A DNA stretch of 64,000 bases from positions 320,001 through 384,000 of the forward strand of contig CAVSHB010000002.1 in NCBI GenBank assembly GCA_963727775.1, read 5' to 3'. Origin of the DNA: an uncultured Nitrospiraceae bacterium. GTDB taxonomy: Bacteria; Nitrospirota; Thermodesulfovibrionia; Thermodesulfovibrionales; SM23-35. How positions within the stretch are numbered: position 1 is the first letter of the stretch; each line of letters starts with the position of its first letter. A program made the translations under genes and the position numbers. The notes beneath the pieces are model-generated. The model saw nothing but the letters and a program-made list of their open reading frames with translations, made no database searches and was not told the origin of the DNA. Of the stretch, positions 39,065 to 49,336 are shown piece after piece.

Positions 39065-41457
39065 TAATGAGCCAGAAGTTAAAAATAAAAAATCAGAGAT
39101 TGAATCGCATAATACTGTACATAGTGCGATGCCTTAAACTAATGAGCTTATATACTGCACTCCTGTGTTTTTCCCTGTTATCCTTTGCAGTGTGTGCTTC
39201 TGCAAAGAGCGGCAGCGAGACGCAAAAGCCCCAGGAAGCCGCTGTGATAACCGGCATAAACATCCAGGAGAATGCCGTCTCAATAACGGCTGACAAGCCT
39301 TTCATCTACACAATATACAAGCCGGGCGATCCGTATAAAATGGTCGTCGACCTCCCTGAGGTGTCAATCGGTCCGTTCAATCAAAAGATAGTCTCCAATA
39401 AGGCCGGCATAACAGAGGTAGTGCCTTCACAGATTGAAGCCCCGACTCTGATGGCAAGGCTTGAAATATTGCTCCAAACACCGGCGTCCGTTGACCGGGA
39501 CTATAAGAACAACATGCTGACTATTAAAATAAAAGATGATCTGCCTAAAGCTGAAGAGCCCTCCGGAAGAACGAGGCCGGTCCTTTTAGCCAAAGAAGAG
39601 AAAGAATTATATGCAAAGAAAGACAGACCTAATGCCGACGCGCCGAAACAGACGCCGCAGTCGAAGGCAACAGAGATATCCGGCATATCATTTGAGACTT
39701 ACGGAAACGCTGTTAAGGTCGTGATTAAGGGAAACGGTCCGATGATACCAAATGTCTTCCCCCTGGACGACCGGATCGTAATAGACATCCCCGGCGTTGT
39801 AATGAATGCGACTGTTCCTTCCGACGTTATTTCTCCTGTGAGGGGAATACGTTCCGGTATGCATGATGACAAGATAAGACTTGTCCTTGATATTAAGGAA
39901 AAGACAACCTTTGATGTGGCTGCAATCGGCGATTCCATAATTGTGACCCTCAAGAATCCGGAAATGGGAACTTCGGCATCCTCTGTATCCAGAAACCCTG
40001 TTCGCAAGATAGAAGAAGGGATCGAACCTTCTGAGAAAAAAGAGAACGGAAGGTCTGTCCAGGCAAGATGTGAAACATATGTTGCGGGCAGAGAGAATGT
40101 AAACCTCGATTTCCAGGACCAGGATATCGTTCCGATACTCAGGCTGTTTGCGGACATAAGCGGTTGCAATCTCTTCATCCACCCTGATGTAAAAGGCAAG
40201 GCTACGATGAAGTTCAGGGATGTCCCCTGGAACCAGGCGCTGGATACATTACTCAAAACCTTTGGTCTCGGCAAAATTATTGAAGGGAATATCATACGGG
40301 TTGCCCCGAATTCTGTTTTAGCCCAGGAAAGCGATGAATCGAAAAAGGTGGAAATAGCAAAAAAGGCGGCGGAATTGGAATTGGCGCCGCTTGAAAGAAA
40401 AACATACCGTTTAGTCTATGCTAATGCGGAAGACGTAAAAGCAAAGTTATTGGGCCAGGTAAGGGCGGTAAGTTCCGAAGTTGAAGGGGGAACAAGCACA
40501 TCCACTACCGGACGCACAGGGGGGGCTTCTTCCTCTTTTGGCGCCGCATATGCCCGTACAGAATACGATGAAAAATTAAGGGTCCTCTCGCGCAGGGGCA
40601 ATGTAATGGCGGACAAGATATCAAATACGCTGACTGTTGAAGACGTGTCGATCAAGATAAAACTTATTGATGATTTTATCGCGGAAATCGACCAGCCCAT
40701 AAGGCAGGTATTAATAGAGGCAAGGATTGTTGAGGTCAACACAAACGTGCAACAGGATTTTGGAGTACAATGGGGGACGTTCTTTAACGGCGCTAATACT
40801 TTAACCTCTGTCGGCGGATTGTCAGTGCTGAATAAAGGCACATTTACCGGGAACAATTATCTTGTAGATTTTGCCGGAGGCTCATCAGCGAGCTCGGGCT
40901 CGGGTATTTCCTTTGGGGTCATGAATGCTGCAAAGACTATGGGTCTCGACCTTCAGCTTTCCGCTTTTCAATCACTCGGCACTGCCAAGGTCGTTACAAA
41001 CCCCAAGGTGATGACTATGGACAGGCAGGAGGCAAGAATTCTGCAGGGCAAGAGCATACCGGTCCGCCAGCTTACGCCGGAGGGAACTGTCTCAACACAA
41101 TTTAAGGATATAACCATGGAACTGGTCGTAACTCCATCCATAACCCGCGAGAAGACTCTGGACTTGGCCCTCAGTATTAAAAAGGAAGAGCTTGACCCTA
41201 CTGTCCCATCAATAGATGGAGTGCCCGGGACCGATAAAAAAGAGGCGAGAACCAAGGTCATGATGCAGGACGGAGAAACGGTTGTTATCGGGGGCCTTTA
41301 TAAAATAAATACATCTGATACGTCTACAGGGGTCCCGGGGTTAATGAATATCCCGGTCCTGAAATGGCTTTTCAGCAAGAAAAATACACAATCTACTACC
41401 AGCGAGCTTATGATCTTTATTACGCCGCGTATCGTGGTTTTGGAGAGAAAAGAATAA
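39061..41457 (+). CDS. pilQ: Type IV pilus secretin PilQ (two AMIN-like domains)
   Basis: LDFQDQDI..ILR, VPWNQALD, QVLIEARIVE, IFITPRI. Confidence 0.95.
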   Translation: MIMSQKLKIKNQRLNRIILYIVRCLKLMSLYTALLCFSLLSFAVCASAKSGSETQKPQEAAVITGINIQENAVSITADKPFIYTIYKPGDPYKMVVDLPEVSIGPFNQKIVSNKAGITEVVPSQIEAPTLMARLEILLQTPASVDRDYKNNMLTIKIKDDLPKAEEPSGRTRPVLLAKEEKELYAKKDRPNADAPKQTPQSKATEISGISFETYGNAVKVVIKGNGPMIPNVFPLDDRIVIDIPGVVMNATVPSDVISPVRGIRSGMHDDKIRLVLDIKEKTTFDVAAIGDSIIVTLKNPEMGTSASSVSRNPVRKIEEGIEPSEKKENGRSVQARCETYVAGRENVNLDFQDQDIVPILRLFADISGCNLFIHPDVKGKATMKFRDVPWNQALDTLLKTFGLGKIIEGNIIRVAPNSVLAQESDESKKVEIAKKAAELELAPLERKTYRLVYANAEDVKAKLLGQVRAVSSEVEGGTSTSTTGRTGGASSSFGAAYARTEYDEKLRVLSRRGNVMADKISNTLTVEDVSIKIKLIDDFIAEIDQPIRQVLIEARIVEVNTNVQQDFGVQWGTFFNGANTLTSVGGLSVLNKGTFTGNNYLVDFAGGSSASSGSGISFGVMNAAKTMGLDLQLSAFQSLGTAKVVTNPKVMTMDRQEARILQGKSIPVRQLTPEGTVSTQFKDITMELVVTPSITREKTLDLALSIKKEELDPTVPSIDGVPGTDKKEARTKVMMQDGETVVIGGLYKINTSDTSTGVPGLMNIPVLKWLFSKKNTQSTTSELMIFITPRIVVLERKE

Positions 41458-41504
41458 CGGAAATATAAAATAGGAATATTGAAAAACTAAAAATAGGGGG
41501 CAAG

Positions 41505-41942
41505 ATGAGAGGCAAGATTTTAATATTAACTGTCTGCTGTTTGGCGCTCAGTTTGATCTTATGTGGCTGCGGAGGAGGGAGTGCACCGCCTGGTTCGGTG
41601 ATCACGATAAACCCTACTACTAATACAGTCACTGATGGAAGCACTGAACCATCATCTCATACCCTTTTTTATACTATCTCACTTGTGGATTCTACCGGCA
41701 GACCTTTGGGACATACCCGAATTTCGCTCTCGTTCATATGGGCAAATCCGGACGTATACAATGTAGTGCAGCTTTTTGACGGTACTACGCCGAAAAAATC
41801 TCCATTTGATGCGGAGACAGATGATTTTGGCGCATATATACTGCGTTTAGATTTTCAGTCCGGCGGTGGGCTAAGTTATACAGGCAATGTAGAAGCGCGT
41901 TCCGGCGCATCATTCGTAAGCTCGACGCTTACGGTACAATAA
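41505..41942 (+). CDS. Small beta-rich (Ig-like) lipoprotein
   Basis: Lipobox LCGC followed by GGG; beta-strand-rich body; GGGGG SD. Confidence 0.7.
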   Translation: MRGKILILTVCCLALSLILCGCGGGSAPPGSVITINPTTNTVTDGSTEPSSHTLFYTISLVDSTGRPLGHTRISLSFIWANPDVYNVVQLFDGTTPKKSPFDAETDDFGAYILRLDFQSGGGLSYTGNVEARSGASFVSSTLTVQ

Positions 41943-41988
41943 CGATATTTACAGGTTAGAGATAGATATGGCAGATATATAGCATATT

Positions 41989-44900
41989 ATGAACTGGAGG
42001 GATAAATTGAAAAATACAGATTACCAAATGCAGAGGGGAGGACATAATTTTGCAGGCCATAGGCTGAGAGCGGCTGCGAGCATATTGCTATTTATTATTT
42101 GTTCCGTTTCTTTAAGCGGATTATACGGCTGTTCGGGGGATCATTCGCCTTCGAAGGCGTCCACTGTTGTGGGTGTTGAGAATATAGACGGCAAGGTGAA
42201 GATAGCCAAACTCGTCGGATCCCAAATCCCCATTGCCAATGGATTAGGCGATCAGCAGAACCCGCATGTCATATACCTCCCGAATAAGGACCTCTGGTTT
42301 ACGGTTTATGAGGACTGGGGCAACCTGAGTTCAGGCTCGGACATTAAGGGACGTTTTTTGAAAAATGACGGTACGTTTTGCGGTAGTGAGGTGACTATTA
42401 CCAATGCGCAAGGCGACCAGACAGCCCCATGGGCTGCATACCGTGAAAAGGATATCCTTGCATCTCCAACAGGGCACGACACGATAGTTGTGACGTGGCA
42501 GGATACGAGAGGGACCGGTACCGGAGGCTATGTTTATTACAAGGCAATTAATATCGACAGCCCTGCTTTTAATGTGAATGACTGTTCAGGTTCTTCCCTG
42601 GGAAGCGATACCGCGATATTATATCACCAGATTTCTCAATATGTAGACACGACTCCAGCCCCGGTGACATCAACAGTCACAGCTACGCAGACTATTGCTC
42701 TTGGAGATGGCAAGACAACTGCGTTTATTGCAACTCTAAAAAATACGCCCATAGTGCCGACAAGCGTTAACGTTACTGCTGGAAGTATTAGTCTAAATGA
42801 TACAGGTGGTTCCAGTGGCCTCAACCAAACTTCTCCACCTCCAACATGTGCATTCGGCACGGTAGATTATTCGACCGGTGCTTTGACACTTAACTTCTCT
42901 ACTACTGGTCTATGTACTGCACCTGCTTTCGGCACACCGATAATAGTAAGTTATACATATATTGCTACTACACCGTCGCCATTTTCAGTTGCTACTTCTC
43001 CGCTGGGTGATACCCTCCTTTCAAGGAAATTACCGAGAATCAGCTATGATCCGGGGAGGGACAGGTTCTGGGTTGTATGGAATGAGTCACGAAGCACATT
43101 GCAGAGGATATCCGAGATATGTTTCGGTCTCGCTATCGCCACGTGGGATTTCGGAGATAATTCATCTTTCCCTGGCTATGTGATGCTCGATGGCGTAACA
43201 TTGGCGGAACTGCCGAACGATATAGGGACTAATGGCGCAGATATAATAAGGAACGGGCTGGTGAGAACGAACCGGATTATCAGCGCCGGCCTTGCTGCAT
43301 TGACAGAGACGTATGATTACGAATTTTTTACCGGACTCAACAATATCGCCAATGCAACCGATACAACAGGACCTGAGACCTTTATGGCATGGGAAGGCAC
43401 AAGGCAAAAAGGGGAAATGGTCTGTACATGTACCGATAAGAACGGCAACGGCGTCTGCGACACGGGTGAAGTCATAACTTCTACATTTACTGTATCTCCT
43501 TTTGATGATGGGTTCAATCATGCATACGGCCTTTTTGATAAGGAAATTTCCAAAACTTCCATACTTTCGAAGAGACTGGATACCTCGAATACTACAACAG
43601 CTCATAATCCCGCTATAGGCTTTGATCCTGTAACAAAGAGATTTCTTACAGCATGGGAAGATCTGCGCGACGGTGCGACCAAAAAGATATGGGGGCAGCT
43701 TGTTTTTTCGGGCGGCGGCCTCTATAACGGAAATTTTCTTATAAGCTTCCAGGATACTACAGGCAGCGGAAAGCAGGACGCCAATATAGCGAGTTCAAAC
43801 CAGACAAAGCCTTTCATATCATATGACTCAGTGAACCAGAGGTACTTTGTTGCATGGGAGGACGGCAGAAACGGGACTGTATCACTGGAAAACCTTGATA
43901 TTTTTGGGCAGTATGTGGATACAGAGGGTTCTTTACGCGGAACGAACTATGCCATAACAACAGCGCCTTCAAACCAGTTAAGTCCGGCCATTGCTTATAA
44001 TTCAAAGGAGAATCTTTTTCTTGCCGTCTGGAAAGACGCGCAGAATAACTCCATACCATTCGAAGGCTCTGACATATACGGCCAGAGGTTTTCCTTAGGC
44101 CAGCCGCAACTGACGCTTTTAAACCTAGATAATACGACGTTGTCGCCGCCCCTGCTCAACTTCGGATCTGTTACGGTCGGGCAGTCTTCTACAATGTCGT
44201 TTAAGGTAAGAAACACCGGAGATACAAACCTCAAGATAGACTGCCTGTCACCTTTCCCTGCGGGTTCTCCTTTTTCCCACCAGACCCTGACTTCGGAACT
44301 TCAGACATGTGAAGGCACGTATGCTTCGGGTACGTTTCTTCAGATTATCCCTGGGGCGGAGCTTACATTTACGGTGCAATTCTCGCCAGCGTCTCAGAGC
44401 ACCTTTACTTCAAGTTTTACTATCCAGTCCGACGGAGAGATTCAGACCGTAAACGTTCAGGGTGGAGGAGTGACGCCGAGCATTGTCGTAAGCTCAAACA
44501 ATATTACATTTGGCAATGTGCATGTCGGACAGAGCACAGACCGGCCACTGAGGATAACCAACAATGGGACTGTCAGCTATCAGATAACGAACATTACAGG
44601 TGTAAGTGATCCATTCAGCATCGTATCGCCTCCGACATTCCCTCTGACCCTGAACGCCGGACAGTTTTTGGACCTGACTTTGCGTTTTACTCCTTCACAA
44701 TCAGGCGGTTTCAACGGCCAGATGAATATCCAGACGAACCTCCAGGGAGTCGGCCAGACAGTGCAACTCTCAGCCACCGGTACAGCGCCTGTATTATCTG
44801 TTTCAACAATAAGTCTTGATTACGGGGCTATAACTGTAGGTACTAACTCCGACCAGAATATAACCCTCAGCAATACAGGAAATGAGATCCTCACTATAAA

Positions 44901-47900
44901 TACGCTCAGCATTCCGGGCAGTTCAGGGTTCAGTGTTGTCGGCGCCGTATTGCCTATCAGCATCAGCCCGGGCAGTTCCCAGCCGATTACCGTAAGGTTC
45001 TCCCCGACTGATGTAGTTAGTTACAGCAGCGCATTGTCCATCCAGAGCAATGGAGGCAACCAGACAGTAAATTTGGCCGGGCAGGGCGCGGGAGGGAAGA
45101 TTTCGGTGTCTCCGGCCCAGGTGGACTTTCAGACCGTTGCAGTCGGCGCGTCAAAGACCGTAGCCGTCACTGTTTCAAATACGGGAAATGCGCCGATGAG
45201 CATAACGGGAATCACAAGCCCGCCTCTATCTACGCCGTTCAGCCTGATATTTACCGGCACGCCCACAATACAGCTTTTGCCTGGCACAAGCTATACAATT
45301 CTGGCAGTGTTCAGCCCTACAGCCGAAGGCACATTTAATAACAATACTTTTGTCGTCTCTACAAATGCGGTCAACACTTTAACAGGCGAAACTATAAAAG
45401 GCCAAGCGACGATTAAACTTCAGGGTGCTGCCGTAGTGCCGAAAGTTATTATTACCCCATCGTCGGTTGTTTTCCCTGATACCGCTGTGAACCAGATACA
45501 GTCCACCAATATTTCGATTAAGAATAACAGCCCTATCCCGGTCAAAATAAATGCTTTCAGTTTGCCTCAATCAGCATCTTTTGGTACGCTTTTTCAAGTC
45601 TTTAATATGTCGAGTGGGTCCCCTGTTTTATTGAAAGCAACCGATACATTTACCTTGCAGCCAGGTACGACATTGAATTTCGTGATAACGTTCCAGCCGC
45701 CTCAAACAGGTACTTTTAGCTCTACTTTCGGGATCCTTTTCGATTTCGCTTTGTCGCCGACTTATGTGCAAATAAGCGGGACTTCATCGGCGAGCATGAG
45801 CGTGACGCCTGCAGGCAGTGTCCTCGATTTCGGAACTGTTAAAGTCGGATCAACGAAAGACTTGGGCGTCACTGTTGCAAATACCGGTAAGTCAGTATTT
45901 AATTATCAGATTATAGGGTTGACTTCACCTTTTGTTGAGCCCATTTTTGTCTCTCTTCAACCAGTATCTCCGGGGCAACAGGACAGTCAAACAATTAGCT
46001 TCGCTCCTTCAGCGCGCGGGACATACCAACAGACATTGACTATTATTACTGACCAACAGGGGCTTAGCCAGACAATAACAGTGAAAGGGCAGGCAGTAGC
46101 GCCTATCCTGAGGGTCGAGCCTCTGAGTGTAGATTTCGGTTCGGTAACAGTTGGGTCAACTGCAACGCAAAACATCACACTATTTAACGATGGTGACGGG
46201 GACATGAATATCACAAGCTGCGGCTCTCCTCCTGACGGTTTTTCAATAAGCACATGTCCGTCTACCATACCTGCCGGTGCGAACGCGAAGCTGACTATTA
46301 CGTTCAAGCCGACAGATGCAATAGTGAATTCCGGGACAATGGATATTCAGACCGATGGAGGGACTAAGACTATTACTCTAACAGGAACAGGCCAGGGAGG
46401 AAAGATAAGCCTTTCTCAGGAGCAGATCGACTTCGGGACAGTAGCTCAAAATGCAACCGGCACAATCCCGTTAACCGTTACAAACACAGGCAATGGGCCT
46501 TTGAATATCACGAACATAACAAGTCCTACATCGCCCTTCAGCGTTAGCTTTGTAGGTACGGCACCGATAAAACTTCTGCCCAATACAACTTTTACAATTA
46601 ATGTCAACTTCAATCCGATAACTGCAGCTAATTATAGCTCGTCGTTTGTAATACAGACGGACGGGATTAACGGCAACAAAACTGTCAACCTTCAGGGCAC
46701 AGGTGTGTTACCGGCTATCAGCGTAAACCCTTCGCCTATAGTATTCACCGATACAGGCGTCGGCCTAACCCAGTCCCAAAATCTTTTTATCAAAAACAAT
46801 GGGACGCTGCCTGTTACCATAACGAGCTTTGATTCCCCTATTGCGCCATTTACGATTTCAGGGTTACCTACAGTGCCGTTTTCACTTAACGCCGGCGCAA
46901 CGTTAAGTCTTGTTGCGCAGTTTGCTCCGACGACTGCAGGGAGTTTCAGTTCCTCGCTTGGTATCCTTTTTGATACTGCGACGATGCCGACACTTGTCAA
47001 CATGACCGGCACTTCTTCAAATCCGGCAGGTAATATAATCTTTCAGCAGGGAGGTTCACTGATAACATCCGTGGGCTTTGGCAATGTACTGAAAGGGACT
47101 CCGAGCACAACACATCTAAGTATAATGAACACCGGCTCAATAACAAGATACGTCAATACTGTTACTCTGTCAGATCCTGCTTTTATGACGACTCTGAATG
47201 CACCGTTTACTTTAAATAGCGGAGAAACAAAATATTTTGATGTGATCTTCAATCCTACAGCGATACAGTCTTACTCTGCTACTCTGACATTGACGGATGC
47301 ATCGAATAATACGCAGCAGTTAAGCCTCACCGGGGCAGGTTCGTCGATCAGCGTAGGAGTCGATCCAGACTTTCCAGGGACAGTAACCTTCTTTACGGCG
47401 CTTACTTCATCACAACTGCCGGTATCCTCAAAACCGGCCAATTTCAATATCAGCAACGCGGCAGAATTTGTGATAGAAGGTGTTAATCCGGGTTCTTCGG
47501 TCTATGTGAGCATAACATTTAGTAGCCTGCCGGCGTCCCCTGTCTTCTATAAGGTCGTTGGGAACACATGGACAAAGCTTACTGACTATAGTCTGCAAAA
47601 TAATGTGCTGACCTACAGCATAACTGATAAGATCAGCATAACTGATAATAATGGTCCATTTGACAGTGACCCGACACCTGGTAAAATACAAGATCCGATT
47701 GTTGCCGGCAGCACAACCGGCGGTGGCGGCGGCGGTGGTGCTATCCATAACTCAGGCGGCGGCGGTTGTTTCATAGCAACGGCAGCATATGGCTCATACC
47801 TTGACGCGCACGTAATGGTCCTCAGGGAATTCAGAGACAAGTATCTTTTGACCAATGCGCCGGGTAAAATATTTGTAGCGCTGTATTACAAATATTCCCC

Positions 47901-48063
47901 GCCTGTAGCTGATTTTATCAGGGAGCACGAAATGTTAAGGACGGCGACAAGATTTGTACTGACGCCGATAGTTTATGGCGTAAAATACCCGTTGCCGGCA
48001 ATGGGGTTACTGTTCTTCAGCATCTCATTTTTCGGCATCAGGAAACGGAGGAGAGATTCTTAA
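41989..48063 (+). CDS. Giant surface protein: propeller-like N-region, 10 ASH/choice-of-anchor-D Ig repeats, choice-of-anchor-U-like domain, CFI-box-CTERM
   Basis: Lipobox LYGC; repeated DFG.V.VG....I.N.G units; C-terminal [14 protein letters not shown]...LR.FRD..L...G..FV..YY..SPP.A, then TM and RKRRR. TTG 42007 (GGAGG SD) is a likely alternative start. Confidence 0.88.
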   Translation: MNWRDKLKNTDYQMQRGGHNFAGHRLRAAASILLFIICSVSLSGLYGCSGDHSPSKASTVVGVENIDGKVKIAKLVGSQIPIANGLGDQQNPHVIYLPNKDLWFTVYEDWGNLSSGSDIKGRFLKNDGTFCGSEVTITNAQGDQTAPWAAYREKDILASPTGHDTIVVTWQDTRGTGTGGYVYYKAINIDSPAFNVNDCSGSSLGSDTAILYHQISQYVDTTPAPVTSTVTATQTIALGDGKTTAFIATLKNTPIVPTSVNVTAGSISLNDTGGSSGLNQTSPPPTCAFGTVDYSTGALTLNFSTTGLCTAPAFGTPIIVSYTYIATTPSPFSVATSPLGDTLLSRKLPRISYDPGRDRFWVVWNESRSTLQRISEICFGLAIATWDFGDNSSFPGYVMLDGVTLAELPNDIGTNGADIIRNGLVRTNRIISAGLAALTETYDYEFFTGLNNIANATDTTGPETFMAWEGTRQKGEMVCTCTDKNGNGVCDTGEVITSTFTVSPFDDGFNHAYGLFDKEISKTSILSKRLDTSNTTTAHNPAIGFDPVTKRFLTAWEDLRDGATKKIWGQLVFSGGGLYNGNFLISFQDTTGSGKQDANIASSNQTKPFISYDSVNQRYFVAWEDGRNGTVSLENLDIFGQYVDTEGSLRGTNYAITTAPSNQLSPAIAYNSKENLFLAVWKDAQNNSIPFEGSDIYGQRFSLGQPQLTLLNLDNTTLSPPLLNFGSVTVGQSSTMSFKVRNTGDTNLKIDCLSPFPAGSPFSHQTLTSELQTCEGTYASGTFLQIIPGAELTFTVQFSPASQSTFTSSFTIQSDGEIQTVNVQGGGVTPSIVVSSNNITFGNVHVGQSTDRPLRITNNGTVSYQITNITGVSDPFSIVSPPTFPLTLNAGQFLDLTLRFTPSQSGGFNGQMNIQTNLQGVGQTVQLSATGTAPVLSVSTISLDYGAITVGTNSDQNITLSNTGNEILTINTLSIPGSSGFSVVGAVLPISISPGSSQPITVRFSPTDVVSYSSALSIQSNGGNQTVNLAGQGAGGKISVSPAQVDFQTVAVGASKTVAVTVSNTGNAPMSITGITSPPLSTPFSLIFTGTPTIQLLPGTSYTILAVFSPTAEGTFNNNTFVVSTNAVNTLTGETIKGQATIKLQGAAVVPKVIITPSSVVFPDTAVNQIQSTNISIKNNSPIPVKINAFSLPQSASFGTLFQVFNMSSGSPVLLKATDTFTLQPGTTLNFVITFQPPQTGTFSSTFGILFDFALSPTYVQISGTSSASMSVTPAGSVLDFGTVKVGSTKDLGVTVANTGKSVFNYQIIGLTSPFVEPIFVSLQPVSPGQQDSQTISFAPSARGTYQQTLTIITDQQGLSQTITVKGQAVAPILRVEPLSVDFGSVTVGSTATQNITLFNDGDGDMNITSCGSPPDGFSISTCPSTIPAGANAKLTITFKPTDAIVNSGTMDIQTDGGTKTITLTGTGQGGKISLSQEQIDFGTVAQNATGTIPLTVTNTGNGPLNITNITSPTSPFSVSFVGTAPIKLLPNTTFTINVNFNPITAANYSSSFVIQTDGINGNKTVNLQGTGVLPAISVNPSPIVFTDTGVGLTQSQNLFIKNNGTLPVTITSFDSPIAPFTISGLPTVPFSLNAGATLSLVAQFAPTTAGSFSSSLGILFDTATMPTLVNMTGTSSNPAGNIIFQQGGSLITSVGFGNVLKGTPSTTHLSIMNTGSITRYVNTVTLSDPAFMTTLNAPFTLNSGETKYFDVIFNPTAIQSYSATLTLTDASNNTQQLSLTGAGSSISVGVDPDFPGTVTFFTALTSSQLPVSSKPANFNISNAAEFVIEGVNPGSSVYVSITFSSLPASPVFYKVVGNTWTKLTDYSLQNNVLTYSITDKISITDNNGPFDSDPTPGKIQDPIVAGSTTGGGGGGGAIHNSGGGGCFIATAAYGSYLDAHVMVLREFRDKYLLTNAPGKIFVALYYKYSPPVADFIREHEMLRTATRFVLTPIVYGVKYPLPAMGLLFFSISFFGIRKRRRDS

Positions 48064-48082
48064 TAAGATTAGACTTGCGAAA

Positions 48083-48391
48083 TTGATTGTAATCATAGGG
48101 CTTGTACTTGCCGTCTCGGCTTGCGGCTCAAAGGAAGGCTGCCCGACAAAAGAGACTGTAACGTCGGCAGTGAAGAATATAATGCCTGTGCGCTTCGAGA
48201 TAGTGAGTATCGCGGAAACCAGTCAGATACACGGGATGTGCGAGGTGGTTATTAAAATAGACAAAGAGCCCGTGATTTTTTACACAGACAAGACCGGCGG
48301 ATATTTCTTCTCTGGGAGCATGGTTTCAACAAAGGACAAGACTGATATCACTCAGAAACGCCGGGAGTATTTTAAAACAAAACTGCAATGA
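48083..48391 (+). CDS. Lipoprotein with a stand-alone DsbC/DsbG N-terminal dimerisation-like domain
   Basis: VSAC lipobox; I.G.CEVV......IFYTDK.G.YFF.G...D.T pattern; no thioredoxin CxxC. Confidence 0.65.
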   Translation: MIVIIGLVLAVSACGSKEGCPTKETVTSAVKNIMPVRFEIVSIAETSQIHGMCEVVIKIDKEPVIFYTDKTGGYFFSGSMVSTKDKTDITQKRREYFKTKLQ

Positions 48392-48443
48392 CCTTCATGC
48401 CCTCCCGTCAAGGAAGGGTTATATTTTTGGTCGAGGATATTTA

Positions 48444-49322
48444 TTGAAATCAAGCCTTTTTTCACATAGAAATATTTTTTATCTGAACGCGCTCGTAGGT
48501 GTAGTCCTTGTCATAGCAACTCTTTTTTTTATGCGGGATATTATTTCAGTCTATGCCGGCAAACAAAAAATCCTTAAGAGAGATGTCCCGGCGTCTAAAA
48601 ATACGCTGACCGGCAGGCAAAAAATGCAGCTTACAGATTATGCTTCGATAATGAAAAATAACCCTTTCGGTTTTCCGGGAGGTGAATTAAAGCCCCTAAC
48701 AGCTTCTTCGACGGAGGCCGATACCCGGCGTGCAGATATTCATCTCCTCGGCACGATAGTAGGACCGAAGGACCTCAGTTACGGCGTTTTTAAAAGCAGC
48801 TCAGGACCGCAGGAACTGTTCAAGGTCGGAGACTCTGTATTCGGTATCGGTAAATTGAGCAAAGTGGAGAGAGACAAGGTGATTATAAGACAGGGGGGTA
48901 AGGCAATAGAGGTACCCATTGAAGATGTGAAGGTGGAAGAGATTAAACAACCGGGCGCCGGAGGGTCACCATTCACCTCTTCTTTTGCCCAAAAGGTGGG
49001 GAAAGATACATATATGGTCGACCAGCGGAATTTACAACAGGCGATCGCCAACCCCGGACAGATAATGACTGACGCAAGGCTCAGGCCGAATACTGTTAAC
49101 GGTAAAGAGGAAGGGTTTATGTTGAGCGAAGTCAGGCAGGGAGGGATTTACAATAGCCTCGGGCTTCAGAACGGCGACGTGCTTTTGAGGATCAACGAGT
49201 ACGACATATCTAATCCGGAAAGGGCCCTACAGGCATTTACCGCACTGAAAGGCATGGACAGGGTGCAGATTGATTTGATCAGAGATGGAGCACGGATGAC
49301 AATGACTTACCAGATAAAGTAA
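48444..49322 (+). CDS. gspC: Type II secretion protein GspC (HR + PDZ)
   Basis: TM, NNPFG, LLGT.V, GLQNGDVLLRIN PDZ domain. Confidence 0.92.
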   Translation: MKSSLFSHRNIFYLNALVGVVLVIATLFFMRDIISVYAGKQKILKRDVPASKNTLTGRQKMQLTDYASIMKNNPFGFPGGELKPLTASSTEADTRRADIHLLGTIVGPKDLSYGVFKSSSGPQELFKVGDSVFGIGKLSKVERDKVIIRQGGKAIEVPIEDVKVEEIKQPGAGGSPFTSSFAQKVGKDTYMVDQRNLQQAIANPGQIMTDARLRPNTVNGKEEGFMLSEVRQGGIYNSLGLQNGDVLLRINEYDISNPERALQAFTALKGMDRVQIDLIRDGARMTMTYQIK

Positions 49323-49336
49323 TATAAGGCTATTAT

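Noticed and set aside
27825..48418. ccctccc..aagg short hairpin-like motifs at 27825 and 48400 as a repeat family
   Set aside because: Too short, and only two imperfect copies.
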